Under the pieces are notes generated by a model. The model worked only from the letters and a program-made list of their open reading frames with translations. It had not been told where the DNA came from and did no database searches. The position numbers and the translations under genes were made by a program. Below are positions 29,773-38,454 of a DNA stretch of 64,000 nucleotides, piece after piece. Position 1 is the stretch's first letter. Each line of letters starts with the position of its first letter. Origin of the DNA: a candidate division WOR-3 bacterium (GTDB lineage Bacteria; Hydrothermota; Tepidihabitantia; Tepidihabitantales; Tepidihabitantaceae); NCBI GenBank assembly GCA_965649225.1, contig CBFGJX010000009.1, forward strand, positions 1 to 64,000, read 5' to 3'.

Positions 29773-31710
29773 TTGAATCTTGTACTTGCCCTGCTGATTG
29801 TTTCGGCTGCGCCGGCCGACCTGCCGGTCGAGCGGATTGTGCGCATCGATGTTCCCAGCCACGACGCGGTCTACTCGCTGGCCCGCGAGTTCGACCTTGC
29901 GGTCATCAATGCGCAGGAAAAGTTCGTCGACGCCTATGCCGACGACGACCTCATCGCGCGCCTGCGCGCCGCCGGCTGGACCGTGACCGTGCTGGTCGAG
30001 GACTACACCCAACTGGACTTTGTCACATACAACAGCTACACCCAGGCCTGCTCCATCCTCACCGCCCTGCGCGCGGCATACCCGGCAATCACCCGCGTTG
30101 AGACACTCGGGCTGTCGGCCGGCAACCGCGTCATTCCGGCGATACTGGTCACCGGCGATGCCGCCGGCACCGCGCCGGTCTGCCGCGCCATCGGCGCCCA
30201 CCACGGCAACGAGAAGATGAGCACCGAAATCTGCCTCTACCTCGCCCAGTATCTCTGCAGCACCTATACCACCAGCCCACAGGTCCGCCGGCTGGTTGAC
30301 AACCGCCGGTTCTGGATTGTTCCCATCATCAACCCCGACGGCCACGTCGCCAACCGCCGCACCAACGACAACGGCGTCGACCTCAACCGCGACTACGGCT
30401 ACGAATGGGAGTCCACCACCCGCAACTTCTCCCAGCCCGAGACCCGGGCCCTGCGCGCGCTGTCCGAGTGCGAGTACCCGACCTCGGAGTACGAGTTCCA
30501 CACCACCGCATCCTATGTCAACTACCTCTGGGACAACCACCCCTCCGACCCGCCCGACTCGGCCTTCATCATGGCGCTCGCCCGGCGTTATGCCGACTCC
30601 ACCTACGGCTCGGCCACGACCCAGCTCCAGCCCATCAACGGCTACGACTGGTACGAGGTCCACGGCTCCTGTCAGGACTACATGTTCGGCATCTACGGCT
30701 GCCAGTCGGTCACCATCGAAACCCAGCTTCCCTCAACCCGACCGCGCATCGACTCCATCTGCGAGGCCAACCGCCGCGCACTGTTCGGCATCTTCACTCT
30801 CGCCGGCCAGGGCATCAACGGCCTCGTCACCGATTCCGCCACCGGCCGGCCGCTCTTTGCCCGCATCGACTTCACCAGCCCGTACCGCTGGACAACCTGG
30901 GCCAATGCCGCCACCGGCGACTTCCACAAGATGGTCCCGCCCGGCGCCTACACCTTCACGGTATCTGCCAACGGCTATGCCCCGCGCACGGTCAGCCAGC
31001 TCGTCGTGCCCGACACCGGCATCACCATCAGCGTGCCCCTGCAGTATGTCGGATTCGACAGCCTCAACTGGGCCCAGCGTGCGGTCACGCTGCGCCGCGA
31101 CGACAACAGCCACGCCTACAGCGACTGGATACTGCGTGCGCTCGGCCCGGCCGACGGCAGCTTCTACACGGTCGGCCCCAGCCCTTCGGAATTTGTCCTT
31201 GACCTCGACCCGACGGTTCGCTGCCGCAACGGCGTCGGCCCCGACATCCAGGTCTACGCCACCGGCGCCTACACCATCTATGCCGGCAACGACTACCGCG
31301 GCCCCTGGTACTCGCTCGGCCCCGGCTCAGGCAACGCCGGCTTCGACCTCGCCACACCCGGGCTTGACTCCTGCCGCTATGTCCGGCTGGTCTCGTCCGG
31401 CACCTGCACGGTCGACGCGGTCGGCTTCCGCGGCAGCCCGACCACGGCCGTCGCAGAAAGGCCGAAGCCGAACGCCTCGCGCAACACTCCCCACGCCTCC
31501 ATCGTCCGCGGCGTGCTGTCGCTGCCGGCTGCCACCGGGCAGAACGAAGCGTCCAGCGCACTCCTTGACGCCACCGGCCGGCAGGTGCTTGGCCTCCGGC
31601 CCGGCCCGAACGACGTAACCTCGTTGTCGCCGGGCGTCTACTTCATACGGCAGGTGTCCGGCGTATCGCGTGAAGCCGCGGCCACAAGCCGCATCATCAT
31701 CGCCCGGTAA
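29773..31710 (+). CDS. M14 zinc carboxypeptidase + CarboxypepD_reg-like domain + T9SS CTD
   Basis: HHGNE, NPDG, RRTN.NGVDLNRD, FSQPET, EFH, TIE; TTG 29773 after GGGAG. Confidence 0.9.
   Translation: MNLVLALLIVSAAPADLPVERIVRIDVPSHDAVYSLAREFDLAVINAQEKFVDAYADDDLIARLRAAGWTVTVLVEDYTQLDFVTYNSYTQACSILTALRAAYPAITRVETLGLSAGNRVIPAILVTGDAAGTAPVCRAIGAHHGNEKMSTEICLYLAQYLCSTYTTSPQVRRLVDNRRFWIVPIINPDGHVANRRTNDNGVDLNRDYGYEWESTTRNFSQPETRALRALSECEYPTSEYEFHTTASYVNYLWDNHPSDPPDSAFIMALARRYADSTYGSATTQLQPINGYDWYEVHGSCQDYMFGIYGCQSVTIETQLPSTRPRIDSICEANRRALFGIFTLAGQGINGLVTDSATGRPLFARIDFTSPYRWTTWANAATGDFHKMVPPGAYTFTVSANGYAPRTVSQLVVPDTGITISVPLQYVGFDSLNWAQRAVTLRRDDNSHAYSDWILRALGPADGSFYTVGPSPSEFVLDLDPTVRCRNGVGPDIQVYATGAYTIYAGNDYRGPWYSLGPGSGNAGFDLATPGLDSCRYVRLVSSGTCTVDAVGFRGSPTTAVAERPKPNASRNTPHASIVRGVLSLPAATGQNEASSALLDATGRQVLGLRPGPNDVTSLSPGVYFIRQVSGVSREAAATSRIIIAR
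31600..31703 (+). repeat. Direct repeat copy 1 (3' end of M14 gene CTD)
   Basis: 100/104 nt identical to 41177-41280. Confidence 0.95.
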
Positions 31711-31728
31711 CTTTCGACACAACGTCAA

Positions 31729-31752
31729 GGCGGCGGGTTATCACCCGCCGCC
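31729..31752. terminator. Hairpin terminator between convergent genes
   Basis: GGCGGCGGGT-tatc-ACCCGCCGCC. Confidence 0.6.
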
Positions 31753-31781
31753 GCGTCTGTCAGCAATGCCCCACCGTCAAC

Positions 31782-32528
31782 TCAGCGCAGGCGAAAAGGC
31801 TCAGGGTCGGCGTGGTCCCGGGCCAACAGCGACAACGATACGCCGAGCGAGGCCGACAGCCGCTGAACGTCAGGGTTGGCCCACACCCGAGTGCTTTCCA
31901 GAAACTCGTACTCAAGGTAGCTGGTCCAGACCGGCAGGCCGACCGACAACACCGGCATGATGCGGACCCGTTCGACGAACGTCACCGGGAGACCGCCGCT
32001 CGCGGTGATATCCCACGACTGCTCGACGGTGCGGCCGAATTCGAAGCCGCTGGCTCGGTAGCGGTGGCCCGCTCCAATGGAAGCGGCGTAGCCGAGGGTA
32101 CCGTACCCGCCGCTGACCAAGAGACGGCCGTCGAACGCCCTGCCAGTTTCAACCAAGGCCATCGGAATGAGCGCGATGGACCCAGAGGCATCAGCCACAA
32201 AGGCGACCGAGGGTTCGCCGTCCCAGAACGTGTACTTCGCCGAGAGCCCGGCCGCAGCCACCCCCAGCCTGAGGCCGAGGTCGCAGTTGCGAAACAGGCC
32301 GAGGTGCAGCGCGTACATCGGCACGGGCAATCGCTCGCCCCAGAAACCCAGTTCCACTCCGCTCGAATCGCGCAGTTTCGCGCCAAACTCCACAGCCAGC
32401 GTGTGTTCGACCCTACCCGGCGGCGCGCAGCGTGAGGTCTCATAGAGGCCGAAACTCATACAGCCGGCGAACGGAAAGACAGCCAGCAGCGCGGCCGCTG
32501 CTCGTACAAGACATCTAATCACCTTCAC
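31782..32528 (-). CDS. Hypothetical lipoprotein / outer-membrane beta-barrel-like protein
   Basis: Lipobox-like FAGC, alternating amphipathic strands; overlaps the upstream gene. Confidence 0.6.
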   Translation of the reverse strand: MKVIRCLVRAAAALLAVFPFAGCMSFGLYETSRCAPPGRVEHTLAVEFGAKLRDSSGVELGFWGERLPVPMYALHLGLFRNCDLGLRLGVAAAGLSAKYTFWDGEPSVAFVADASGSIALIPMALVETGRAFDGRLLVSGGYGTLGYAASIGAGHRYRASGFEFGRTVEQSWDITASGGLPVTFVERVRIMPVLSVGLPVWTSYLEYEFLESTRVWANPDVQRLSASLGVSLSLLARDHADPEPFRLR

Positions 32529-34182
32529 TGCTGCCCCTCCACGCGAAGTTGGCGGTCGACTCCATCAACAGGCGCTTGTTGCCGCCGTCGGCATCGGCAA
32601 CCCAGATTCTGGACTTAACGTACATCAAGTCGCCGCCCTGTCCACGTGTCTCTATCCAAGCAATGCGCGTGCCATCGGGCGAGCGAATCGGGCTGCCTTC
32701 GGACGTCCCCACGCGGCTGGCGTATCTCTGCACGATCGTCTGGGATGCCGGCTTCATCTGACCGGTCAGCGGGTTTACCTGCCATACGGGGTCGGTCGCT
32801 GAATAGTGAAGGGTCGGCGGCCCCTGCTCACCCTCCCCTCGCAAGTACTCGCAGACGCTGTAACCAGCGCGGAAGAGCATCACCGTATCCGCTATCCACT
32901 GTGGTGCATAGCCGTTATGGACGAAAGGCACCCGGGTTTGCTCGGCGCCGTCAGCGCGGAACAAGACATAGTCGTCGCCGTCGCGACAGAACAGGCGGTC
33001 GCCGCCCTCAAGCCACTGTCCGGAGTGCGTGCCGCGCACACGCCAGATGCTGTGGCCGCCAATATCAACCACGCCCAGCCAGACTTCATTGCCATCCCGC
33101 GCCTCGAACATCAACCTGCCGCCACCCGGTGCGGTCTTGAGCGCGGTAATCGTGCCGCCACTCCGACAGACTGCCTGGATTGTAACGCGGCCATCGGGCT
33201 CAAGAATGCCGACGCCGCAGGCCGGATGCTCCTGTTCAACGTACGCAAGCCGTGAACCGGCAAGCCACAACGGTTGCGGCCCGATGTAGCTCCATCCGGT
33301 TCCATCAACCCTGATGCAGGACCAGCGCCAGCCTGCATCCGGGTTATTGTCCCATATCCACTCGAACGCGACAGCGCTGCCGTCAGGCGACACCGACCCT
33401 GAGCGCACGCGAACCGGACCCGGTGCAAGCGGCAGAGCAATGGCTTTGCATTGACCATCGGGCATTCGCAGCATCACTGCCGATTCAAGAACGGTGTCAA
33501 CGACAATCGGCCGGGCCACCGCTTCCGGCCGGAAGTCGGCGTAGCCGATTGCCTTGACAGCTCCGGTCACGACATCCACCTCCAGAAAGCGCACGCCGTC
33601 GCCCTCCTGACCGAGCGAGCAACTCACCGTCCTGTTATCGGCCCAGCGGCAGTCCCGGATCAACAACTCTTCGTTCGGCTTTGCCGGCAGGATTTGCGTC
33701 GCCCTGCCGCTGCTCGGGTCGACGATATACAGTTCACGCGGACACAATTCCGGATCGGGGTCGCTGGGCCGCAGTGTCACAACCGCGAGGTATTTCTCGT
33801 CGGGCGACCAGCTAACCAGTTTGCCCGTGACCGGCAATTGCTGCACGCGGCCGCCCGCCATATCGAGCACGTATCCGCCGCCGACAACCACCTTGCTGCC
33901 GGTTGGCGACGGCGTCAACCCGCCCGCCGGCGTCAAGCGGTTGACGACCGGCGGATTGTCGAGCGTGGCAATGACAATCTGCTCGTCGCCCGTGGGTGTC
34001 TGGTCATCCACGTCGCCCCCCGAGAAGGCGCGGTATTCGGCGAAGCACAACCGCCGGCTGTCCGGCGACCAGCGCAGTTCCTTGTAACAGCTTGACCATC
34101 CGAACCAGGCAAAGGCCGGCAGCGGCCACAAGCCCAGTAGCATTACTGCCAGCCCAAAACCGGCCTGCCGATACATCACCAC
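32515..34182 (-). CDS. TolB-like/PD40 beta-propeller protein
   Basis: WSPDS, WSPDE, VSPDGS, RSPDGTRIAW repeats; signal peptide. Confidence 0.75.
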   Translation of the reverse strand: MVMYRQAGFGLAVMLLGLWPLPAFAWFGWSSCYKELRWSPDSRRLCFAEYRAFSGGDVDDQTPTGDEQIVIATLDNPPVVNRLTPAGGLTPSPTGSKVVVGGGYVLDMAGGRVQQLPVTGKLVSWSPDEKYLAVVTLRPSDPDPELCPRELYIVDPSSGRATQILPAKPNEELLIRDCRWADNRTVSCSLGQEGDGVRFLEVDVVTGAVKAIGYADFRPEAVARPIVVDTVLESAVMLRMPDGQCKAIALPLAPGPVRVRSGSVSPDGSAVAFEWIWDNNPDAGWRWSCIRVDGTGWSYIGPQPLWLAGSRLAYVEQEHPACGVGILEPDGRVTIQAVCRSGGTITALKTAPGGGRLMFEARDGNEVWLGVVDIGGHSIWRVRGTHSGQWLEGGDRLFCRDGDDYVLFRADGAEQTRVPFVHNGYAPQWIADTVMLFRAGYSVCEYLRGEGEQGPPTLHYSATDPVWQVNPLTGQMKPASQTIVQRYASRVGTSEGSPIRSPDGTRIAWIETRGQGGDLMYVKSRIWVADADGGNKRLLMESTANFAWRGSSEGD

Positions 34183-34610
34183 CCCCCCTCTTTTCGACGG
34201 AATTCAATTCTGCTCGAAACCACGACAAATCGGTATCCCTCCGACCAGTCTGAAACGGCTTCATGTTCATCCTTTGCCTGCGCCCGGATGTAGTATGTGT
34301 CAGGTGCCGACCAGGAGTGAGATTTTCTGAACGGTGCCGGTGGACAGCCCGGCGGCTCAGATGGCGGAGAAGGGAGGTAATTGCTCCACTCGGAAGTGTC
34401 GCCATCGCCCCAGTCAAACCGCAGCGCAACCGCGTCACCGTCCGGGTCGCCATAGTATTGGATGTAGAAATCATAGGAACTGTCAACGACTCCTTCGTGC
34501 GAGTACGAATGGCAGCCGGCCACGCTAGGTGGCCGGTTTGGTCTGCCCGGGCATCCTGATAGTACCCCACATAGCAGCAACACTGCCAACAACGTGAAAT
34601 CACGTGTCAT
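34176..34610 (-). CDS. PKD-like domain lipoprotein
   Basis: LSGC lipobox; DPDGD...FDWGDG..SEWS...HSW..P.TY.IRAQAKD. Confidence 0.75.
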   Translation of the reverse strand: MTRDFTLLAVLLLCGVLSGCPGRPNRPPSVAGCHSYSHEGVVDSSYDFYIQYYGDPDGDAVALRFDWGDGDTSEWSNYLPSPPSEPPGCPPAPFRKSHSWSAPDTYYIRAQAKDEHEAVSDWSEGYRFVVVSSRIEFRRKEGGW

Positions 34611-34751
34611 GTCCTGATATCTATCCACTGAACCTCCCTTCGCTCTCAGACTCAGGCAGGGATCGACGCCGGGCGGATTCATCACAGCCGCACGAGCACG
34701 AGCGCGCCCTGACGGCATGGTTGGCGCGCCCGCCACTCATGCATTCAACCG

Positions 34752-35069
34752 TCAGGGTCGCCCTGAGCAACTCCAAGCGATTCGGACGCCGAGTCCGACG
34801 GCCAGTGGACCGAACAGCGCAACGCCAGCGACAGGAACAATGAACGCGCCAAGGCCCATCACTGGAGCAGGTATCGCGATGCACAACAGCCCTGCGCACC
34901 CGACAGCCAGCATCGCCGCCGTCGCACCGACGGCTTCGGCCGCGATTGCCAGCACCGGGGCAACCGCCGGCTGCACGACCGCACCCTGCTCTCCCGGCTG
35001 CGGGGTGACCTCAGCGGCCAGCGCCAGCACGGCAGGGACGGGAAACAGTGTCAGGGCTCTGCGACACAA
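34752..35069 (-). CDS. Small hydrophobic protein, possibly a gene fragment
   Basis: Same strand as neighbours and hydrophobic; weak TTG start; an SD-led ATG upstream is in another frame. Confidence 0.35.
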   Translation of the reverse strand: MCRRALTLFPVPAVLALAAEVTPQPGEQGAVVQPAVAPVLAIAAEAVGATAAMLAVGCAGLLCIAIPAPVMGLGAFIVPVAGVALFGPLAVGLGVRIAWSCSGRP

Positions 35070-35161
35070 TCCGCGTGGCCGTTTGACAGCATCGGCTATC
35101 GCCCTACCTCTGCAGGCTTCAACATCTTTCCTCTCCGTGAACCATCAGCGGTCTACGCGAT

Positions 35162-35629
35162 TCAGAACCTTCGGTACAGCCCGACCTTCAGGCCACCGCT
35201 CTGCGGTGCGAGGCCGAGGCGCACGCCGAGGAACCGGTCGCGGTAGTCGCGCGCGACGGCGTCGTCGTGCACGTCCGACACCATCAGGGCCCGCCAGCCA
35301 AGCGCAACTGCGCCAAACAAACCTGAGCCGACATAAAAAACCGTACTGCCTGTCTGCAGGGAATCGGCCCGGGGGTCTGGCCTCAATCGCGCGGCCTCAT
35401 CGGCCATCAACTTGCCGCCAAGGAAGAACAGGCCGGCACCGCCCCACCAGCAGAGTTCGGTGCCCAGCGCGAAGAAGCCCTTGCCGACATTGCCGAGATA
35501 GAACTGGCCGGCACCGGGAAGAACCGATGACATCACCATCGCGGTCTTGATGCGCTTTTCGCCAGACTCGATCGCAAGCGCTGACCCAGCAAGTGTGGCA
35601 ATCAACAGCAGCGCAATTGCGCGGTTCAC
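35162..35629 (-). CDS. Hypothetical exported/membrane protein
   Basis: Signal peptide, S.VLPGAGQFYLG motif, TM helices; 4-nt overlap with upstream gene. Confidence 0.7.
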   Translation of the reverse strand: MNRAIALLLIATLAGSALAIESGEKRIKTAMVMSSVLPGAGQFYLGNVGKGFFALGTELCWWGGAGLFFLGGKLMADEAARLRPDPRADSLQTGSTVFYVGSGLFGAVALGWRALMVSDVHDDAVARDYRDRFLGVRLGLAPQSGGLKVGLYRRF

Positions 35630-36342
35630 AGTTCACCTCTCAGCGGTTCGAGCATTTCCCTGACAACCAACCGGCCAATAAGGTCAACACGGCGCAACTC
35701 GTCTTTGGTTAACACGCCGCTGTAGGTAAGCCTGTAGGAACCCGGAACCCGGGCATCGCCCTGAATCAGCTTGCTCGATTCAAAGATGACCCGGGCATCA
35801 GCCACCCTGATAATCGAGATCAAGGCACCCAGTGCCGGCTCGCGAGTCACCGTACCGTAATGGTACTCGGTTTCACTTGCACTTACCCGGTTAGGCACAA
35901 GCCAGCCGATGATTCCACTGGGCGGCTTGATATCCTTCTCTGCCTTCTGGCTCTCTTTGCCAAGCAGGGCAGTTTCGGTACCAAACGGGGAATATACCGT
36001 AACCGCGGCACCGATAACCGCATCTGCTCTCAGGCGTTCTCCCAGCAGCTTGATATTGAACGGGTTGCCGAGGTCTTCTCCGCTCAGCTTGAGTTCGTTG
36101 AGCGCCGCCGTCACCTCAGTCGGAGTGACAAACTCAAATCGCCTCAAACTGATCAACTCAGTGAGCAACAGCCGCTCAAATAACGGGTTGACCTCGTTGT
36201 ACCCGGTGGCATTGTCGACGGGCAGGACGGCGATTCGCCGCACGGCACTCAGAGCGGCTTTGTCCATTGCGATCAACGGAGCCGGTGCCTTGGTGCAGAC
36301 CAGCAACGAGACCGCAATCAGCATGGGTCCAGCTCGATGCAT
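35626..36342 (-). CDS. Putative lipoprotein, CsgG/GNA1162-like alpha/beta fold
   Basis: GGGAGG SD, LLVC, RIAVLP.DN, LGERLRADAVIG pattern. Confidence 0.65.
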   Translation of the reverse strand: MHRAGPMLIAVSLLVCTKAPAPLIAMDKAALSAVRRIAVLPVDNATGYNEVNPLFERLLLTELISLRRFEFVTPTEVTAALNELKLSGEDLGNPFNIKLLGERLRADAVIGAAVTVYSPFGTETALLGKESQKAEKDIKPPSGIIGWLVPNRVSASETEYHYGTVTREPALGALISIIRVADARVIFESSKLIQGDARVPGSYRLTYSGVLTKDELRRVDLIGRLVVREMLEPLRGEL

Positions 36343-36505
36343 ATTTCCTCCCCGCGGACGTGGCTGCGGCTGCGCGGCCTGCCGTCCACGCTCCGCTTCA
36401 CGCGATAGTAACAGCGCAGCCATACCTGTCAATGGTTGTTCGTGCCCACCGGCCCTTGACAATGTTGTCGGCGCCAGAATAATGACGGTAACGAAAGGGG
36501 ATACG

Positions 36506-36970
36506 ATGGCCAGACAATCGATGTGCCCGAGGTACTGCCGGGTCGAACTCCGCAAGGTCAGGGTCAAGGATTTTGAGGTCGACCAGTGTCCGTCCTGTCA
36601 GGGAGTCTGGTTTGACGCCAAGGGCGACGAACTCCTCGAAACTCTCCGCGTCGGCTACGGCAATGCGCCCGAAGAACTCAAACAGAGCTGGGAAGCAGGC
36701 GGTGGCAAGATATCCTACGGCACCCCGCACGATTACAACTGTCCACGCTGCGGCAGCCTGCTCGTGACCTACATGTATATGGGAAACGAAGGCGGTTCTT
36801 TCGAGATTGACGGCTGCCGCAAGGGCTGTGGCGTCTGGCTCGACGACGGCGAACTCGACAGCGCCTACCAGACCCTCAAACTTGTCAACCCCGCGGCCCT
36901 CAAACCGAAAAGGCGACCCGCGAAACCCGGCACACTCGAGCGCATCCTCAGCTTCCTGCTGAGCAGGTAA
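36506..36970 (+). CDS. Tandem zf-TFIIB-like zinc-ribbon protein
   Basis: Two CP.C...D.C..C.GVW(F/L)D..EL units; AAGGGG SD. Confidence 0.85.
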   Translation: MARQSMCPRYCRVELRKVRVKDFEVDQCPSCQGVWFDAKGDELLETLRVGYGNAPEELKQSWEAGGGKISYGTPHDYNCPRCGSLLVTYMYMGNEGGSFEIDGCRKGCGVWLDDGELDSAYQTLKLVNPAALKPKRRPAKPGTLERILSFLLSR

Positions 36971-37063
36971 GCTTACAGCGACCACCGCTTGGCCGAGACC
37001 GTTTCCTGCCCGAGTATTGACCCCCAGCGGGCAAGACCGTCTTGCGTCGCAAGGAGGAGAAAG

Positions 37064-38443
37064 ATGACTTTTCACAACCGGCTGGTCCTGTTATACAGCG
37101 CCATCCTTGCGCTGGCCAGAGGCTTGCCCGGCCCGGTCGCTACGGAACTGGCAGCCGCCGGTAAGCGCGGTGGCTGGGTTAGCTGGTCGCCCGACAGTAC
37201 CGTGTTGTACCTGGCGGATTCGACGGACGCCCGGGTTATCACTCTCGATGCATTCAGCGGCCGGGTGGTTGAGTATGCCGAAAGTGCCTTCGTGCCGGTG
37301 GCGTTGTACCGGGTGGCATCAAATGGTTGTGTGTTCTGCGCGGGGAACCGGCTGACCAGCAATCGCGGTGTCGCTGTCGTTTTCGGCCCCGAGCCGGCCG
37401 GAGCAGCGACCCGTCTTGGCTTCGGGGGCAGACTGCTGTCGACCAGTTACGATTCCGTCTTCGAACTTCTGTACTGCATGACCGCGCGTCCCGGTCATGA
37501 CTCAGCAGTCACCGTGATTGATTGCCGTTCGTTCAAGGCCCTGGTCACCCTGTGCTTCAACGCCGGCCGGGCAATACCAGTTGCAGTGAACGGCAGAACC
37601 ATCATCCACCGTAAGACAGCAGCCGCCGGCGGCGGTCGAAGCGAACCGGCGAAAAAATCTGCCGGGGTACTGCTAGCGCCGGATGAAGCGTATGATCTCG
37701 ACTCCACTCTGCCCCAGCGGACACCGACTGGGCCGACCCGGCCGGACAGTTCCGCCGTGAGAGCCCGGTCGCTGGAGTCTGGCGACGATGATATCACGGT
37801 CGTGGACGGTACCGGCGACGACGACATAACCGTGGTTGACAGACCGGCGCGTGACAGCGCTGTCTTCACTGTTGCTGGAGTAAAGCCGGGCAGTGACAGC
37901 CAACTGGCCGGAGACGAAACCGCCAGCGTCGATTGGCCGAGCCTGGCAAACTGGGCGACCAGCCGAGACAGGAATGGCTCGGGCAGAACCGAGGCAGGGA
38001 CAACTGCCGACACTGCAAAGGGTGGCTTCTATTCCAAATCGAGCTACAAGGCCGATGCTTATGGCGTCAGCTACCACCTCGGAGGCCGGTGGCAGATGAT
38101 TCCTCGCTGGCGTCGTGTGCTGGATTCGCTGCTTGCCGACCACCGCAGCTACCCCTATTGGCTGCAGCGTTTTGTCGTGGCGCCGACTACGGCTCTGCTG
38201 TTTGTTCAACCACGCACAGCTGTCAGGACGGTGTCCATCGCCGTGCGTTGTCCGGCTGGTCGGACGCAGGATACCGTCCGCTTCATTGCCCCCGGCGGAA
38301 CCGTAAATCTGTCTGTTCCGATCCACACCCCGACCGCGGTCTTCCAACAGCGGGTTGATTGTCTGCCCACGGGGGTTTACTTCGCGGTCCTCGCCAGCGA
38401 TTGTCGTCAGCGGGTCAAGTTTGTCCGGTCGGGCCGGATCTGA
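37064..38443 (+). CDS. Hypothetical secreted protein, degenerate YncE/YVTN-like repeats with CTD-like tail
   Basis: AGGAGG SD; AVTVIDC and twice GDDDITVVD; tail LPTGVYF...RVKFVR. Confidence 0.55.
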   Translation: MTFHNRLVLLYSAILALARGLPGPVATELAAAGKRGGWVSWSPDSTVLYLADSTDARVITLDAFSGRVVEYAESAFVPVALYRVASNGCVFCAGNRLTSNRGVAVVFGPEPAGAATRLGFGGRLLSTSYDSVFELLYCMTARPGHDSAVTVIDCRSFKALVTLCFNAGRAIPVAVNGRTIIHRKTAAAGGGRSEPAKKSAGVLLAPDEAYDLDSTLPQRTPTGPTRPDSSAVRARSLESGDDDITVVDGTGDDDITVVDRPARDSAVFTVAGVKPGSDSQLAGDETASVDWPSLANWATSRDRNGSGRTEAGTTADTAKGGFYSKSSYKADAYGVSYHLGGRWQMIPRWRRVLDSLLADHRSYPYWLQRFVVAPTTALLFVQPRTAVRTVSIAVRCPAGRTQDTVRFIAPGGTVNLSVPIHTPTAVFQQRVDCLPTGVYFAVLASDCRQRVKFVRSGRI

Positions 38444-38454
38444 CCGCAGGCCGC

